Source of the DNA: an uncultured Chlamydiae bacterium | GTDB taxonomy: Bacteria; Chlamydiota; Chlamydiia; Chlamydiales; JAJFMA01 | Length of the DNA stretch: 64,000 nucleotides | Assembly: GCA_963713615.1 (NCBI GenBank) | Contig: CAVQMM010000001.1 | Location: forward strand, 64,001 to 128,000 | Reading direction: 5' to 3' | Shown here: piece after piece, positions 39,952 to 50,344 of the stretch | Position numbering within the stretch: position 1 is the first letter of the stretch | Layout of the letters: each line of letters starts with the position of its first letter | Notes under the pieces: generated by a model | Databases searched by the model: none | What the model saw: the letters and a program-made list of their open reading frames with translations, nothing else | Told to the model about the DNA's origin: nothing | Position numbers and translations under genes: made by a program

Positions 39952-41142
39952 ATGAAATTAACATACGTACTACCTCTTGTTGTTGGGCTCCTCACATCAT
40001 CTTGCGCGGCAAAGCCATCTAAACCGGCCAGGCCGGCGCCGACCGTCACAGATTATGTTGTCGAGACAAAAACCTTGCCTGTTGTGCTGGACTTTGTCGG
40101 ATTTGCAGAGAGCTCGCATCCGGTAGAGATTCGTGCGCGGGTTGAGGGTTACCTCGATACCATTGCCTATGAAGAGGGACAGTTGGTCGAGCCGGGTCAA
40201 TTGATGTTTCAGTTGGACCCCAAGCAGTTCGAAGCAAAGGTGGCAGAGGCCAAAGCCGAAGTTGCTAGACAAGAGGCTATTCAAGAAAATACCAACCTAA
40301 CAGTGGCGCGTCTGACCCCACTATATGCACAAAGTGCTGCGAGTAAGAAAGACCTCGACAATGCCCTCTCGGCGCAAGCCGCGTCTATTGCTGCCGTCGA
40401 AGCTGCTAAGGCAAACTTATTAAACGCGGCTATCAACCTGGAATATACCACCATCTCATCACCCATTAAGGGATATTCTGGAAGGGCCAAGTGGCGGGAA
40501 GGTGCGTTGATTACGCCAGGACCAGATAGTAGTCTTTTGACAACCGTGTCGGTGCTAGATCCCATCTGGGTGTATTTCACCGTTTCCGATAACGATATCC
40601 TTCGTATTCGTGAGCAAGAAGCAAAGAAAACGCTCCAACTGCCTTGGGGCGAGCACTCCATTGCGGTAGCAAAAGACAATGCTTGGGTCGTAGAGGCGCA
40701 GCTCAGCGATGGAAGCACTTTCCCTCACAAAGGGCGAGTCGATTTTAGTGCGCCTTCGTACGATCAGGCTACGGGCTCTTTGATGGCTCGAGCCGTTTTT
40801 CCCAATCCCGATGCAGGCCTTCGTCCTGGACAGTTCGTGCGCGTAAAGGTCTCAGGTGCAAAACGTCCAGATGCCATTGTTGTTCCCCAACGCTCTTTGC
40901 TGCAGAAAAAAGGGGGAATGTTCGTTTATCTCATTGATGCTGATGAGAAAGTCGTCGTTCAGGATGTCAGTACGGGCGAATGGTCTGGAGATTATCAGAT
41001 AATTACAAATGGATTGAAGAAGGGCGATCGCATTGTGGTCGATGGGACGAACAAGCTACGTCCAGGAATGGTTGTTAATATTGAAGGCCCATGGAAACCT
41101 GATTTAGGCGCCAAGACTCCTGCACCACCAGATTCTCAATAG
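39952..41142 (+). CDS. RND efflux periplasmic adaptor (MFP) lipoprotein
   Basis: LLTSSC lipobox, VEIRARVEG, ISSPIKG, LRPGQFVRV. Confidence 0.92.
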   Translation: MKLTYVLPLVVGLLTSSCAAKPSKPARPAPTVTDYVVETKTLPVVLDFVGFAESSHPVEIRARVEGYLDTIAYEEGQLVEPGQLMFQLDPKQFEAKVAEAKAEVARQEAIQENTNLTVARLTPLYAQSAASKKDLDNALSAQAASIAAVEAAKANLLNAAINLEYTTISSPIKGYSGRAKWREGALITPGPDSSLLTTVSVLDPIWVYFTVSDNDILRIREQEAKKTLQLPWGEHSIAVAKDNAWVVEAQLSDGSTFPHKGRVDFSAPSYDQATGSLMARAVFPNPDAGLRPGQFVRVKVSGAKRPDAIVVPQRSLLQKKGGMFVYLIDADEKVVVQDVSTGEWSGDYQIITNGLKKGDRIVVDGTNKLRPGMVVNIEGPWKPDLGAKTPAPPDSQ

Positions 41143-41155
41143 GGAACGCTGATAT

Positions 41156-44100
41156 ATGCTCTCAGGCTTTTTCATTGATCGTCCAATACTCTCAAGCGTC
41201 ATTTCGATATTTATCTTTTTGGCCGGCCTTGTATCGATTTTTCTATTGCCTATTGAGCAATTCCCTAACATCTTGCCGCCCCAAATCAACGTGCAGACCA
41301 ATTATGCTGGTGCTAGTGCCGACGTCGTGGCTAATTCCGTAGCTTCACCCTTGGAGCAGCAAATCAACAATGTGGAGAACATGATCTACATGTACTCCAA
41401 CAGCTCAGCCACGGGTGACTATAACCTGAACGTCTTTTTCGACATTGGTTCAAGCATTGAAAATGCATTGATCGATGTCCAGAACCAGACAAACATTGCT
41501 CAGCCTCTGTTGCCCGACCAAGTTCAGAAAAGTGGCGTGACCATCTTGAAACAAACGCCAGCCATCTTATTGGTGGTGGCAATGCAGTCTCCTGATGGCC
41601 GATATGATGAAATCTTCATCAGCAACTATGCCCTTGTTAACGTTGTGGATGAGCTTCAGCGTACCCCTGGGGTAAGTCAGGTCAAGATCATTAACGATCG
41701 CAGCTATGCCATGCGTGTGTGGCTTGACCCTGACATGCTGGTGAAGTACAAGATTACCACGGATGATGTATCAGAGGCCATTCGCGACCAAAACTCCGAG
41801 TATTCCGTAGGTCGTCTGGGTGAGACTCCGACAGCCGGTCCGGTGGAGCTCACGATATCCATCACTAGTGTGGGCCGTTTGACAACCCCTGAAGAGTTCG
41901 ACAACATCATCTTAAAGGCTAATCCTGATGGTTCTATTGTTTCCATTAAGGATGTTGGGTATACCGAGTTAGGAGCGCAGAAGTATGATGTATCAGCAAA
42001 CATCAACGGTGTGCCAACAATTGCTATTGCTATCTATCAGCAATTTGGTGCGAACGCGTTGCAGGTAGCCAAGGACATTCGGGCGAAAATGGATCATATC
42101 GCCGAGGGCTTTCCGCACGGAATCACTTATTCGGTACCCTATGATACAACGCTGTTTGTTACGGCCTCAATCCATGAAGTTGTCAAAACCATCGTAGAAG
42201 CCGCTGTACTCGTTGTTTTAGTCGTGTTGCTGTTCTTGCAAAATCTGCGCCTCACAATCATTCCAGTACAAGCGATGATTATCTCCATTGTTGGAGCTTT
42301 TGCAGGTATGCTAGCGTTGGGTTTGTCCATCAATCTTCTGACGCTTTTTGCCATGGTGTTGGCTATTGGTATCGTCGTGGATGATGCCATCGTCGTCATC
42401 GAGAACGTCGAAAGAAATATGCGAGCTTTTGGACATTCCGCCAAGGAAGCTGCTCACCATGCCATGAAGGAGGTGACAGCCCCAATCATAGCGATCATGA
42501 TGGTACTATGCGCTGTTTTCGTTCCTGTAGCGTTTTTAGGCGGTATTGCAGGTCAGCTCTACAAGCAATTTGCTTTGACCATATCCATCTCCGTGATTAT
42601 CAGCGGTATTGTCGCTTTGACGACTAGTCCTGCCCTTTCCGCTCTGCTTATTAAGCCGCGGGGTACTCCCAAGGGTTTTAGTTTATGGTTCGATAACTTC
42701 TTTGAGGCTTTCAGCCTCAGATACATCAAAGGTGCGCGGTGGTTGATGATGCGTCCTCGCATCGGTGTCGGCTTGTTTGCGCTTCTATGCGTGGCTGTGG
42801 GATTTCTTTTTCATGTGGTGCCCACAGCCTTTGTCCCTAACGAAGACCAAGGTTATCTCGTTGCTGTGGCTAATATGCCTGAAGGCGCCAGCCTAGTCCG
42901 TACCGATGCCACAGCCCAGCAGGCTGAGGACATGGCCCTTAAAAATCCTGCCATGGACATCTGGCTCCAGCTTTCAGGATTCAGCTTCATGGATAGCCTT
43001 AACCGCACTAATCAGGGCACTGGCTTTGCCATTCTGAAGGATTGGGACCAGCGCATGGAAAAAAGCGAAATGGCTCCCGCGGTACAACAAGAGCTTGCGG
43101 CGGCTTTCTCAAAGATTCCAGATGGCTCTGTGCTATTGTTCAATCCTCCATCCATACAAGGATTAGGCACCGTCGGGGGGTTTGAATTCTGGATCGAAAA
43201 TAGAGGGAGCGGAGACTATGCCTACCTCACTGATGTGACTCGCAAATTTATCCAAGCGGCGAGTAAGCGTCCTGAGTTGGCCAACGTGATGTCGACCATT
43301 GATGCGAGTTCACAGCAGCTTTATGTTGACCTAGACCGCACGAAAGCGCGTGCGCTTGGAGTGCCCATCGGTAGCATTTACGATGCTTTACAGAGCTTAT
43401 TTGGCTCGCTCTATGTCAATAACTTCAATAAGTTTGGCCGCGTATACAGAGTGATGACCATGGCCGAGCCAAGGCTAAGAGAGACGCCTGTAGACATTGA
43501 ACAGATTTATGTGAAGTCCATTCAGGGGCAGATGGTTCCTCTAAAATCCCTCGTAAACATTAAGAGCGTCCCTGGTCCTAGCTTGATCAGTCGCTTTAAT
43601 GCCTTTCCAGCTGCTAAGGTGACGGGATCCGCAGCGCCGGGTTATAGCTCTGGCGATGCTCTCGATATCATGGAAGAGGTCGCCAAGGCTGAGCTGCCCT
43701 CAGACATGAGCTTTTCATGGGGTGGAGAATCCTACCAGGAGAAAGCCACAGGAGGCTCCTCTTCTAAGATGATGCTTGCAGGCATGCTGATGGTGTTTCT
43801 AATCTTGGCCGCTCTATATGAGAAATGGAGCTTGCCTTTGGCGATTGTCATGGCTGTGCCTTTTGGCATTTTTGGAGCCCTCGCTGCCGTTTGGATCGCT
43901 GGGATGAATAACGATGTTTACTTTCAGATTGGTTTGATCACCATCATCGCCCTTGCGGCTAAAAATGCCATTCTGATCGTCGAATTTGCCGTGTTGAAGC
44001 AGGAAGAGGGTCTTTCAGCGATGGATGCTGCTCTAGAAGCTGGAAAACTGCGTTTTCGTGCTATTTTGATGACCTCTCTAACCTTTATCTTCGGCGTGTT

Positions 44101-44305
44101 TCCGCTCGTCATTAGTTCGGGAGCGGGAGCGAATAGCCGACATTCCGTTGGTATGGGGGTACTTGGTGGAATGATCGCCGCCACATTCTTGGCAGTCTTT
44201 TTTGTTCCACTGTTCTACAAAATTATTGCAGGATGGTCCGAGAAGTCTCCAGAAAAACATCAAAAGAGCTCCCCAACAGAGGAGCCTGTTGTAAATGATG
44301 CGTAA
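41156..44305 (+). CDS. HAE1-family RND efflux permease (AcrB/MexB-like)
   Basis: FFIDRPI, GIVVDDAIVVIENVER, AKNAILIVEFA, RFRAILMTS. Confidence 0.95.
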   Translation: MLSGFFIDRPILSSVISIFIFLAGLVSIFLLPIEQFPNILPPQINVQTNYAGASADVVANSVASPLEQQINNVENMIYMYSNSSATGDYNLNVFFDIGSSIENALIDVQNQTNIAQPLLPDQVQKSGVTILKQTPAILLVVAMQSPDGRYDEIFISNYALVNVVDELQRTPGVSQVKIINDRSYAMRVWLDPDMLVKYKITTDDVSEAIRDQNSEYSVGRLGETPTAGPVELTISITSVGRLTTPEEFDNIILKANPDGSIVSIKDVGYTELGAQKYDVSANINGVPTIAIAIYQQFGANALQVAKDIRAKMDHIAEGFPHGITYSVPYDTTLFVTASIHEVVKTIVEAAVLVVLVVLLFLQNLRLTIIPVQAMIISIVGAFAGMLALGLSINLLTLFAMVLAIGIVVDDAIVVIENVERNMRAFGHSAKEAAHHAMKEVTAPIIAIMMVLCAVFVPVAFLGGIAGQLYKQFALTISISVIISGIVALTTSPALSALLIKPRGTPKGFSLWFDNFFEAFSLRYIKGARWLMMRPRIGVGLFALLCVAVGFLFHVVPTAFVPNEDQGYLVAVANMPEGASLVRTDATAQQAEDMALKNPAMDIWLQLSGFSFMDSLNRTNQGTGFAILKDWDQRMEKSEMAPAVQQELAAAFSKIPDGSVLLFNPPSIQGLGTVGGFEFWIENRGSGDYAYLTDVTRKFIQAASKRPELANVMSTIDASSQQLYVDLDRTKARALGVPIGSIYDALQSLFGSLYVNNFNKFGRVYRVMTMAEPRLRETPVDIEQIYVKSIQGQMVPLKSLVNIKSVPGPSLISRFNAFPAAKVTGSAAPGYSSGDALDIMEEVAKAELPSDMSFSWGGESYQEKATGGSSSKMMLAGMLMVFLILAALYEKWSLPLAIVMAVPFGIFGALAAVWIAGMNNDVYFQIGLITIIALAAKNAILIVEFAVLKQEEGLSAMDAALEAGKLRFRAILMTSLTFIFGVFPLVISSGAGANSRHSVGMGVLGGMIAATFLAVFFVPLFYKIIAGWSEKSPEKHQKSSPTEEPVVNDA

Positions 44306-45758
44306 ACTGACTTGGGCCTTATCTCTTCTGCTATTAACTGGATGTTTCGGGCCGCAGTACAATCGACCGAGTCTCTGCATACCCGATTCTTGGCGCATGG
44401 AGACGGATGAGGGCGATACATTATGCAACTTCCGTTGGTGGGAGCAGTTTGAAGATCCCGTTCTGAATTGCCTGATTCAAGCTGCTTTAGCGAATAATCA
44501 GGATTTGCAGGTAGCAATAAGCCGGGTCATGGAGTATTACGGACGCCTAGGGGTAGCTAATGCTCCGTTGTTTCCAGCCATCAATCTGAATGGTCTATAT
44601 AACCGCATTAAGCCCTCTGAGAGTACCCCTGTAGACACGCTCTTTCCGAATTTGGGATCTGTTTATAACGACTTTCAAGGCTATTTCAGTCTAAGCTGGG
44701 AAATTGACCTATGGGGTCGCCTACGTAGTGCATCGGCCGCAGCATGCGCTGACTTGCTGGCGACCATTGAGGTACGTCGTGGCGTCGTCGTTACTGTGGT
44801 CACATCGGTTGCCAACGCCTATTTTAACCTTAGAGGTCTGGATGCACAACTTGACGTATCTCAGAAGACATTGAAGTCACGTTATGACTCGTTGAAGTTA
44901 GCTAAGGATCGTTTTGAAATTGGTGAAACATCATTGCTAGAGGTTAAACAAGCCGAGGCTGAAGTTGAAGAAGCTGCTATCCGTGCTCTCGAGCTAGAAC
45001 GGGATATTCCTATTCAGGAGAACCTCCTGAGTATCCTTATCGGTGAAAATCCGCACGGTATTGTGCGTGGACGTACCGTCGATGCATTTCCGACCGCTTT
45101 TGAGATACCTGCTGGCTTACCAGCCGATCTATTGTGTCAAAGACCCGACGTTGCTGCAGCTGAAGACCGACTCATAGCTGCTGATGCAAGGATTTCTCAA
45201 GCCATTGCTCTCTTCTTTCCACAGATCACACTCACAGGTCAGTATGGGAGGGAGAGTGACAAATTAAGTCAATTTTTGTCCACACCCTCGACGATTTGGC
45301 AATATGGGTTTAACTTGGTGGAGCCCATTTTCAATGCAGGTCAGACTTTCTATCAGGTGGAGGAGGCTACATCGGTTAGGGATGAACTTCTACACACCTA
45401 TTATCAGGTGATTCTTCAGGCTTTTAGAGAGGTTGACGATGCCTTGGTATCCAATGAATGGAATCGCAAGCTTGTCGTCGAACACCAGAAGCAGGTGAAG
45501 GTTCTCCAGGATTACCTAAAGCTTGCTACTGCGCGGTATCTGGAAGGTGAGATCGACTACCTCAACGTTTTAGATGCTGAGCGTGTCTTGTTCGATGCTC
45601 AGCTGGCTCTTGCTCAGGCACAGGCTGATAGTCTAGTCGCCATCGTGGATCTCTATGGAGCCTTAGGAGGCGGTTGGGTTCAAGATGCCGACTCCATGGC
45701 GCTCACAGAAGCCTTTATGGACGATTGTGACACCGAACGCGATGCCTTCGTAGAATAA
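44295..45758 (+). CDS. Outer membrane efflux lipoprotein (OprM/NodT family)
   Basis: LLTGC lipobox, WWEQFEDP, SWEIDLWG, RPDVAAAE, LYGALGGGW. Confidence 0.93.
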   Translation: MMRKLTWALSLLLLTGCFGPQYNRPSLCIPDSWRMETDEGDTLCNFRWWEQFEDPVLNCLIQAALANNQDLQVAISRVMEYYGRLGVANAPLFPAINLNGLYNRIKPSESTPVDTLFPNLGSVYNDFQGYFSLSWEIDLWGRLRSASAAACADLLATIEVRRGVVVTVVTSVANAYFNLRGLDAQLDVSQKTLKSRYDSLKLAKDRFEIGETSLLEVKQAEAEVEEAAIRALELERDIPIQENLLSILIGENPHGIVRGRTVDAFPTAFEIPAGLPADLLCQRPDVAAAEDRLIAADARISQAIALFFPQITLTGQYGRESDKLSQFLSTPSTIWQYGFNLVEPIFNAGQTFYQVEEATSVRDELLHTYYQVILQAFREVDDALVSNEWNRKLVVEHQKQVKVLQDYLKLATARYLEGEIDYLNVLDAERVLFDAQLALAQAQADSLVAIVDLYGALGGGWVQDADSMALTEAFMDDCDTERDAFVE

Positions 45759-45787
45759 ATAACGGACAAATTGAACGTGGAAAGCCC

Positions 45788-45823
45788 TCACAATCGTATT
45801 TCGGCGCGAAGCGCTTTGGAGTG
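45788..45823. repeat. Family D terminal fragment
   Basis: TCACAATCGTATTTCGGCGCGAAGCGCTTTGGAGTG. Confidence 0.75.
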
Positions 45824-45928
45824 GATGTTCACCCCAATTATCGTTTTTTGAAGGATGTAAGGTATTGATAGTGTTCGGATTATATCTTGAGCACTTTTTT
45901 TTACTGACTACGAATCTAAAGACATAAA

Positions 45929-46542
45929 GAGGTAATTGCAGAAGTCCGATTCTCCGAAGTCAATTTCCTGAAAATCGGATGCCGGTGAAGAGAGAGTCAT
46001 TCCCTTCCCAGGCCCGAAGGGTCGATATTGCAACAGGCCATGGCATCGCCACATAGGCCTCAACCTAACAGGTCTTTTGAGCTTATATCTCAATGACTTA
46101 GGACTTCACAATCGTATCTCGGCGCGCAGCGCTTTGGAGTGCGGTCGCTTGCGACCGCTTTTCGTTCCTTGGGACGGCAATGCTAAACGGCATTGTATGG
46201 ATTCGTCGAAGGCTGCATGTACTAACTATTTTACCCTTAGGGAATTATAGTGATGCCGTTGCACACGACCGTCGCAAGGAACCCAAAGCGGTCGCAAGCG
46301 ACCGCACTCCAAAGCGCTGCGCGCCGAGATACGATTGTTAGGCTTAGGTTGAGGCCTATGTGGCATCGCCATGGTATATGCCAGGAAGGATTTCGCAGTC
46401 TGAAAGACTGCCACAAGGCGCTCGCTTACACACACCATTTATGCATGCGTTTTATGGCAGTCTTTCAGACTGCTGAATCCCTTCCTGGCATATACCATGG
46501 CGATGCCACATAGGCCTCAATCTAACAAGCCTTTTGGGCTTA
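45929..46542. mobile_element. Inverted right part of the composite element (A end, J arm, collapsed C, D hairpin 46108-46338, C unit 46361-46508)
   Basis: Near-identical to the reverse complement of 11216 back to about 10625, lacking one C unit, followed by a variant C unit. Confidence 0.88.
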
Positions 46543-48808
46543 ATGTCCATTTCTGTCCATAGTGCAGCCTGCGTTCAATCTCTGCCTGCATGCGTTTATC
46601 TCGCAGCCTTTTCTCGACTTCAGCGTCGATTTCTGTCTCTTCTTGAAGAAGCTTCTCTCGCGCGACACGCTCCTTGTCGGCCTGCATGATCGCCTTTTCT
46701 TCCCTGATGACGTCTTTTATGGAGTCTGCTGTAATGACCATGGGAGCTATCACCATCGAATCTATTTTTTGTCTGACAGCTTCATCTAGAGCCAACTGAA
46801 GATAATGGTACTTGAGCAGAAATTCATTAATCGCTTTGGGAGATGCCTTATTCGCTTTTAGGCCATCTTCAATACGAATGGACATCAGGTCAATTGCGCG
46901 TTTTGTCTCAGCGCGTTTTTTAATCAGGTCCTGTAAGTCTTTTGCGTTCTTATCATTCGCTGCGATCTGATTTTCCAAGGAGGTGATGTTGGCATTGATT
47001 CGGTCGAGCTCAGCATTTCTATTCACCCCTGCTTCCGAATAAGCGAGAGCATTGATCCCAAAGGCGATACCATAATTACATTCTATTAGGCCCCGTTCGT
47101 CATATAGCTTTTGTAGCTGCTTTGTCAGCTCGATATTCTTAGGATCGCGAGCACGCTCAAAGGCCTTACTTAAAAGAGTTTTCCCTAACAAGGGTTGCGA
47201 TGCCGTTGCAAAGCTGACGTCATTAGCCCGGATAAAGGCGGCTTCCTTAATGGCTTCTGGGTCTACAGAAAGGTCTGGAGCTTCTAAACGCACCATGTCT
47301 GTCAATACTGTGTAGGTTTGTTCATCGGTCAGAGGGCTAACATCGATACGAGTCGTTCGCCTAACAAATGCTTTATCGCTGGCGATATATTTCTCGTATT
47401 CTTCATACGTTGTTGCCAAAATGCAGAATGGCCATCCCTTGGCGTTTGGATCGAGCAAGCTTTTTAGCACCTGACTCGCCTCTTTGCCTTCTGGAGTCAT
47501 AAAGATAGACTGGATTTCATCAAAGAAGAAGATACTGTCTTTTTCAAACCCCTTAACATGGGCGCGCACTGCGTCAAGAAGATCTGTTTTGTTGAAGCCA
47601 GCAAAGACTTCTGATGTATTTGCGGCATGAAGTTTTTTTCCTTTCAATTCTGGGATGATATCATCAGATGCCAATGCTCTAGCTAGGGCATTGACAACTT
47701 CAGTTTTTCCCGCACCCGACTGACCAACCAGTATAGGATGAAGTCTGGTGGTTCCTCTATTGGCTTTTAAGGCGTTTATTACCTGTCTCAGCTCCATATC
47801 GCGGCCATAAACTTTATTGACTTTTCCTTCAATGGCCTCCGAAACCTTATTGCTAAACGGTGGCAACTGTTCAGGAGAGGGATTTTTTTTAAGTAGACCA
47901 TGGATTTTATATGCTGTGAAAGTGCAGATCCCTCCCAGAAGAGCTGCTGGGGCATAACTCGTTACTAGATCTCCAACAAGAGGGATGTCCGAGACATAGG
48001 CTGCGGGATTGACTGGACACTCTTCAAGGAGATATTCCAGGGCGTAGTAGCTTGCATTTGAACAAATATTTGTAAGGTTGCTCATGCAATACGTAGCCAT
48101 ACCCCACACAGCAGTCCAGCGAGCCCATCTCGCTTGGGCTTGCCATTCTCCTCCTCCATACATTATGCTAACTGCCGTGTTGTTCGATCGACTTTCCGTC
48201 AAGCCAAAGGCTAGGCCGACTGTAGTGGTAACCTTCTCGTAATAACTAGTCACACAAAGCCATACCCGTGCCAGTAGCTTACCTTTGCGGGCGGTTGATT
48301 CCAGGTCTCGGCCACGACGTACTAACTTAGCAACCTTTGCAGACTCGGCTTCAACTCCGGCATAGAGGGGAAATTCGGAGGAAATGGCGCTTCCGATTTT
48401 CTGCGATGTAAGCAATCCTACAAGCTTGTAAAGCAAGGGCTTCGCATCTTCTTCTGGGTGCGCCCCAAAGAGAAACTTTAGAAGATCATTCAGTTCCACA
48501 TCGCTAAGTCGGTCGATAATCTTTTGTAGATAGGGCCGGAGTAGGCCAAACTCTTTCGACTGGAACGCCTGCAGGAGAAGTTGCTCTTGGTCTTTCCCAA
48601 AGTCTGCATTCGCGTCATTCGCTAGAATCCTAAGCTGCCGACATAGCGTCGTTTCTGCCTTTGGCTTCAGGAATCCAGGACAAACTTTGCTTGCAACCTT
48701 CGGAAATAGCTCTCGTAGGTTCATTGATACAGCGGCACGGAACTGCTCTGTCGGAAGAAAATCCGAAATCCCATAATTAATAGGAGAAAATTCAAAACCA
48801 TGAATCAT
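46517..48808 (-). CDS. AAA+ protein with a single ClpB NBD1-like module and an unrecognised N-terminal region
   Basis: VYGRDMEL, PILVGQSGAGKT, FFDEIQ, ILATTYEEY..IASDKAFVRR, C-terminal coiled coils. Confidence 0.8.
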   Translation of the reverse strand: MIHGFEFSPINYGISDFLPTEQFRAAVSMNLRELFPKVASKVCPGFLKPKAETTLCRQLRILANDANADFGKDQEQLLLQAFQSKEFGLLRPYLQKIIDRLSDVELNDLLKFLFGAHPEEDAKPLLYKLVGLLTSQKIGSAISSEFPLYAGVEAESAKVAKLVRRGRDLESTARKGKLLARVWLCVTSYYEKVTTTVGLAFGLTESRSNNTAVSIMYGGGEWQAQARWARWTAVWGMATYCMSNLTNICSNASYYALEYLLEECPVNPAAYVSDIPLVGDLVTSYAPAALLGGICTFTAYKIHGLLKKNPSPEQLPPFSNKVSEAIEGKVNKVYGRDMELRQVINALKANRGTTRLHPILVGQSGAGKTEVVNALARALASDDIIPELKGKKLHAANTSEVFAGFNKTDLLDAVRAHVKGFEKDSIFFFDEIQSIFMTPEGKEASQVLKSLLDPNAKGWPFCILATTYEEYEKYIASDKAFVRRTTRIDVSPLTDEQTYTVLTDMVRLEAPDLSVDPEAIKEAAFIRANDVSFATASQPLLGKTLLSKAFERARDPKNIELTKQLQKLYDERGLIECNYGIAFGINALAYSEAGVNRNAELDRINANITSLENQIAANDKNAKDLQDLIKKRAETKRAIDLMSIRIEDGLKANKASPKAINEFLLKYHYLQLALDEAVRQKIDSMVIAPMVITADSIKDVIREEKAIMQADKERVAREKLLQEETEIDAEVEKRLRDKRMQAEIERRLHYGQKWTLSPKGLLD

Positions 48809-49023
48809 ATTAATACCCTTATGCAGTTTCTATTTTTTTTAACTAATTAGTAACATATATTATTGCAAAGATGTTAATTGTATATCAAATGATAATAATG
48901 GTAAATATAATTGTTATAGATTATTATGAAATAGCTGATCCTATTGCTCCGTTGAGGCACTGGACGCATAACCACCAAAGGTGTAAAATTTTTGCTCAAT
49001 ACGACTAGCAGGAGAGCTTTATT

Positions 49024-49887
49024 GTGATTGACGACATCCCTTGTGCACCACAGGCAGAACAACAGCAGATCGCCTACGCAGCCGAGGCGGCGGCATTGGA
49101 GCGCTATTATCAACAATTTGAGGCCTTAAAAAATGCTGAGGACTGGAATGGCATTGTAACGCTCGGAGAGCCCGCCATCACGGCTGCAATGACCATGCAA
49201 CGTTCATCGGATGCTGCGCGAATACATGCTCAGCTTGCCTCGACGTACTTTTACAAAGGGGAATATTACAAGACAGCAGAGCATGCAGACCGTTGTCGCG
49301 AGCTTTCTGCATTTTTAGCAGATGGTCGGTTACTCGTTCGCAGTCAATATCTACAGTCGGCGGCATACCGCGCTTTGGCTGGTAAGGCACAAAATTCCCA
49401 GCAGAAATATTTATTTGATTTAGCTGTGGCTAGTGCTCAGGGGGCTTTAAGAGACTACAACAGCCTTGACTTGAACGATGTCGGTCTCATAGGAAAAGTC
49501 TATTTCAATTTGGGTGCGGCATATGCTGACAACCCATCTGGAGACTGGGACGAAGCAGCGCTGTGTTATGACATGGCCCTAAAGCACTTTCGAACAGCCA
49601 GTGGCTCCGACGGTATGGTACGCACTGCTATTCGCCTTGCCAGGATCAAATTATTAAAAGGAAAGCCCCAAGATGCGCGTGCGCTTGTTGCGGAAGTAAG
49701 GCCACAAATATCTTCAGAACGTGTGCGCATGCAGCTCGACTTCCTGGAGGCACAAATCGCACTTGTGGCCAATGAACCTGACAAAGCTCGCCAGTTGGCT
49801 CAAAAGGCCCTAGACACCGCAAATAAGCTAGGAGCTAAGGAAGATACCATTCGCCTTCAGCAATTCCTCAAAGACAATGGAGGATAG
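49024..49887 (+). CDS. TPR-like helical repeat protein
   Basis: AGGAG RBS before GTG; Ala/Leu-rich helices (LASTYFYKGEY, VYFNLGAAY). Confidence 0.65.
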   Translation: MIDDIPCAPQAEQQQIAYAAEAAALERYYQQFEALKNAEDWNGIVTLGEPAITAAMTMQRSSDAARIHAQLASTYFYKGEYYKTAEHADRCRELSAFLADGRLLVRSQYLQSAAYRALAGKAQNSQQKYLFDLAVASAQGALRDYNSLDLNDVGLIGKVYFNLGAAYADNPSGDWDEAALCYDMALKHFRTASGSDGMVRTAIRLARIKLLKGKPQDARALVAEVRPQISSERVRMQLDFLEAQIALVANEPDKARQLAQKALDTANKLGAKEDTIRLQQFLKDNGG

Positions 49888-49893
49888 TCTCTT

Positions 49894-50343
49894 ATGATCA
49901 TTGACAAGCTTGAAAACTCGTGCAGATACCTAAACGTACATCCTGGCTTTCAAAAGGCCTTTCAGGGCCTTGCACGTTTTGCCTCGCAGCCTTTTGTGGC
50001 GGGTAAGCACGAGCTGTGGGGGCCGCGCCTGATCGCTATTGTAGAGGCTGGTGAAGGACGCACGCGTCAGAAGGCCCGTCTAGAGGCCCATCGGCGCTAT
50101 ATCGATATTCAGTTTACATATAAGGGAACTGAAGAGATCGGATGGAAACACTATAACGACTGTCAGGAGATTCGAGAGCCTTATTCTGCTGAGCGCGATA
50201 TCGAGTTTTTTGCCGATACCCCCAACCTATGGTTGCCATTGCCTGTAAACACCTTTGCGATCTTCTTTCCTGAAGAAGATGCCCATGCCCCCCTATCGGG
50301 TATTGAACCAGTCCAGAAAATCATCATGAAGGTAGCAATTTGA
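49894..50343 (+). CDS. YhcH/YjgK/YiaL family protein
   Basis: MIIDKLEN, LEAHRRYIDIQF, FAIFFPEEDAHAP, KIIMKV. Confidence 0.92.
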   Translation: MIIDKLENSCRYLNVHPGFQKAFQGLARFASQPFVAGKHELWGPRLIAIVEAGEGRTRQKARLEAHRRYIDIQFTYKGTEEIGWKHYNDCQEIREPYSAERDIEFFADTPNLWLPLPVNTFAIFFPEEDAHAPLSGIEPVQKIIMKVAI

Positions 50344-50344
50344 C

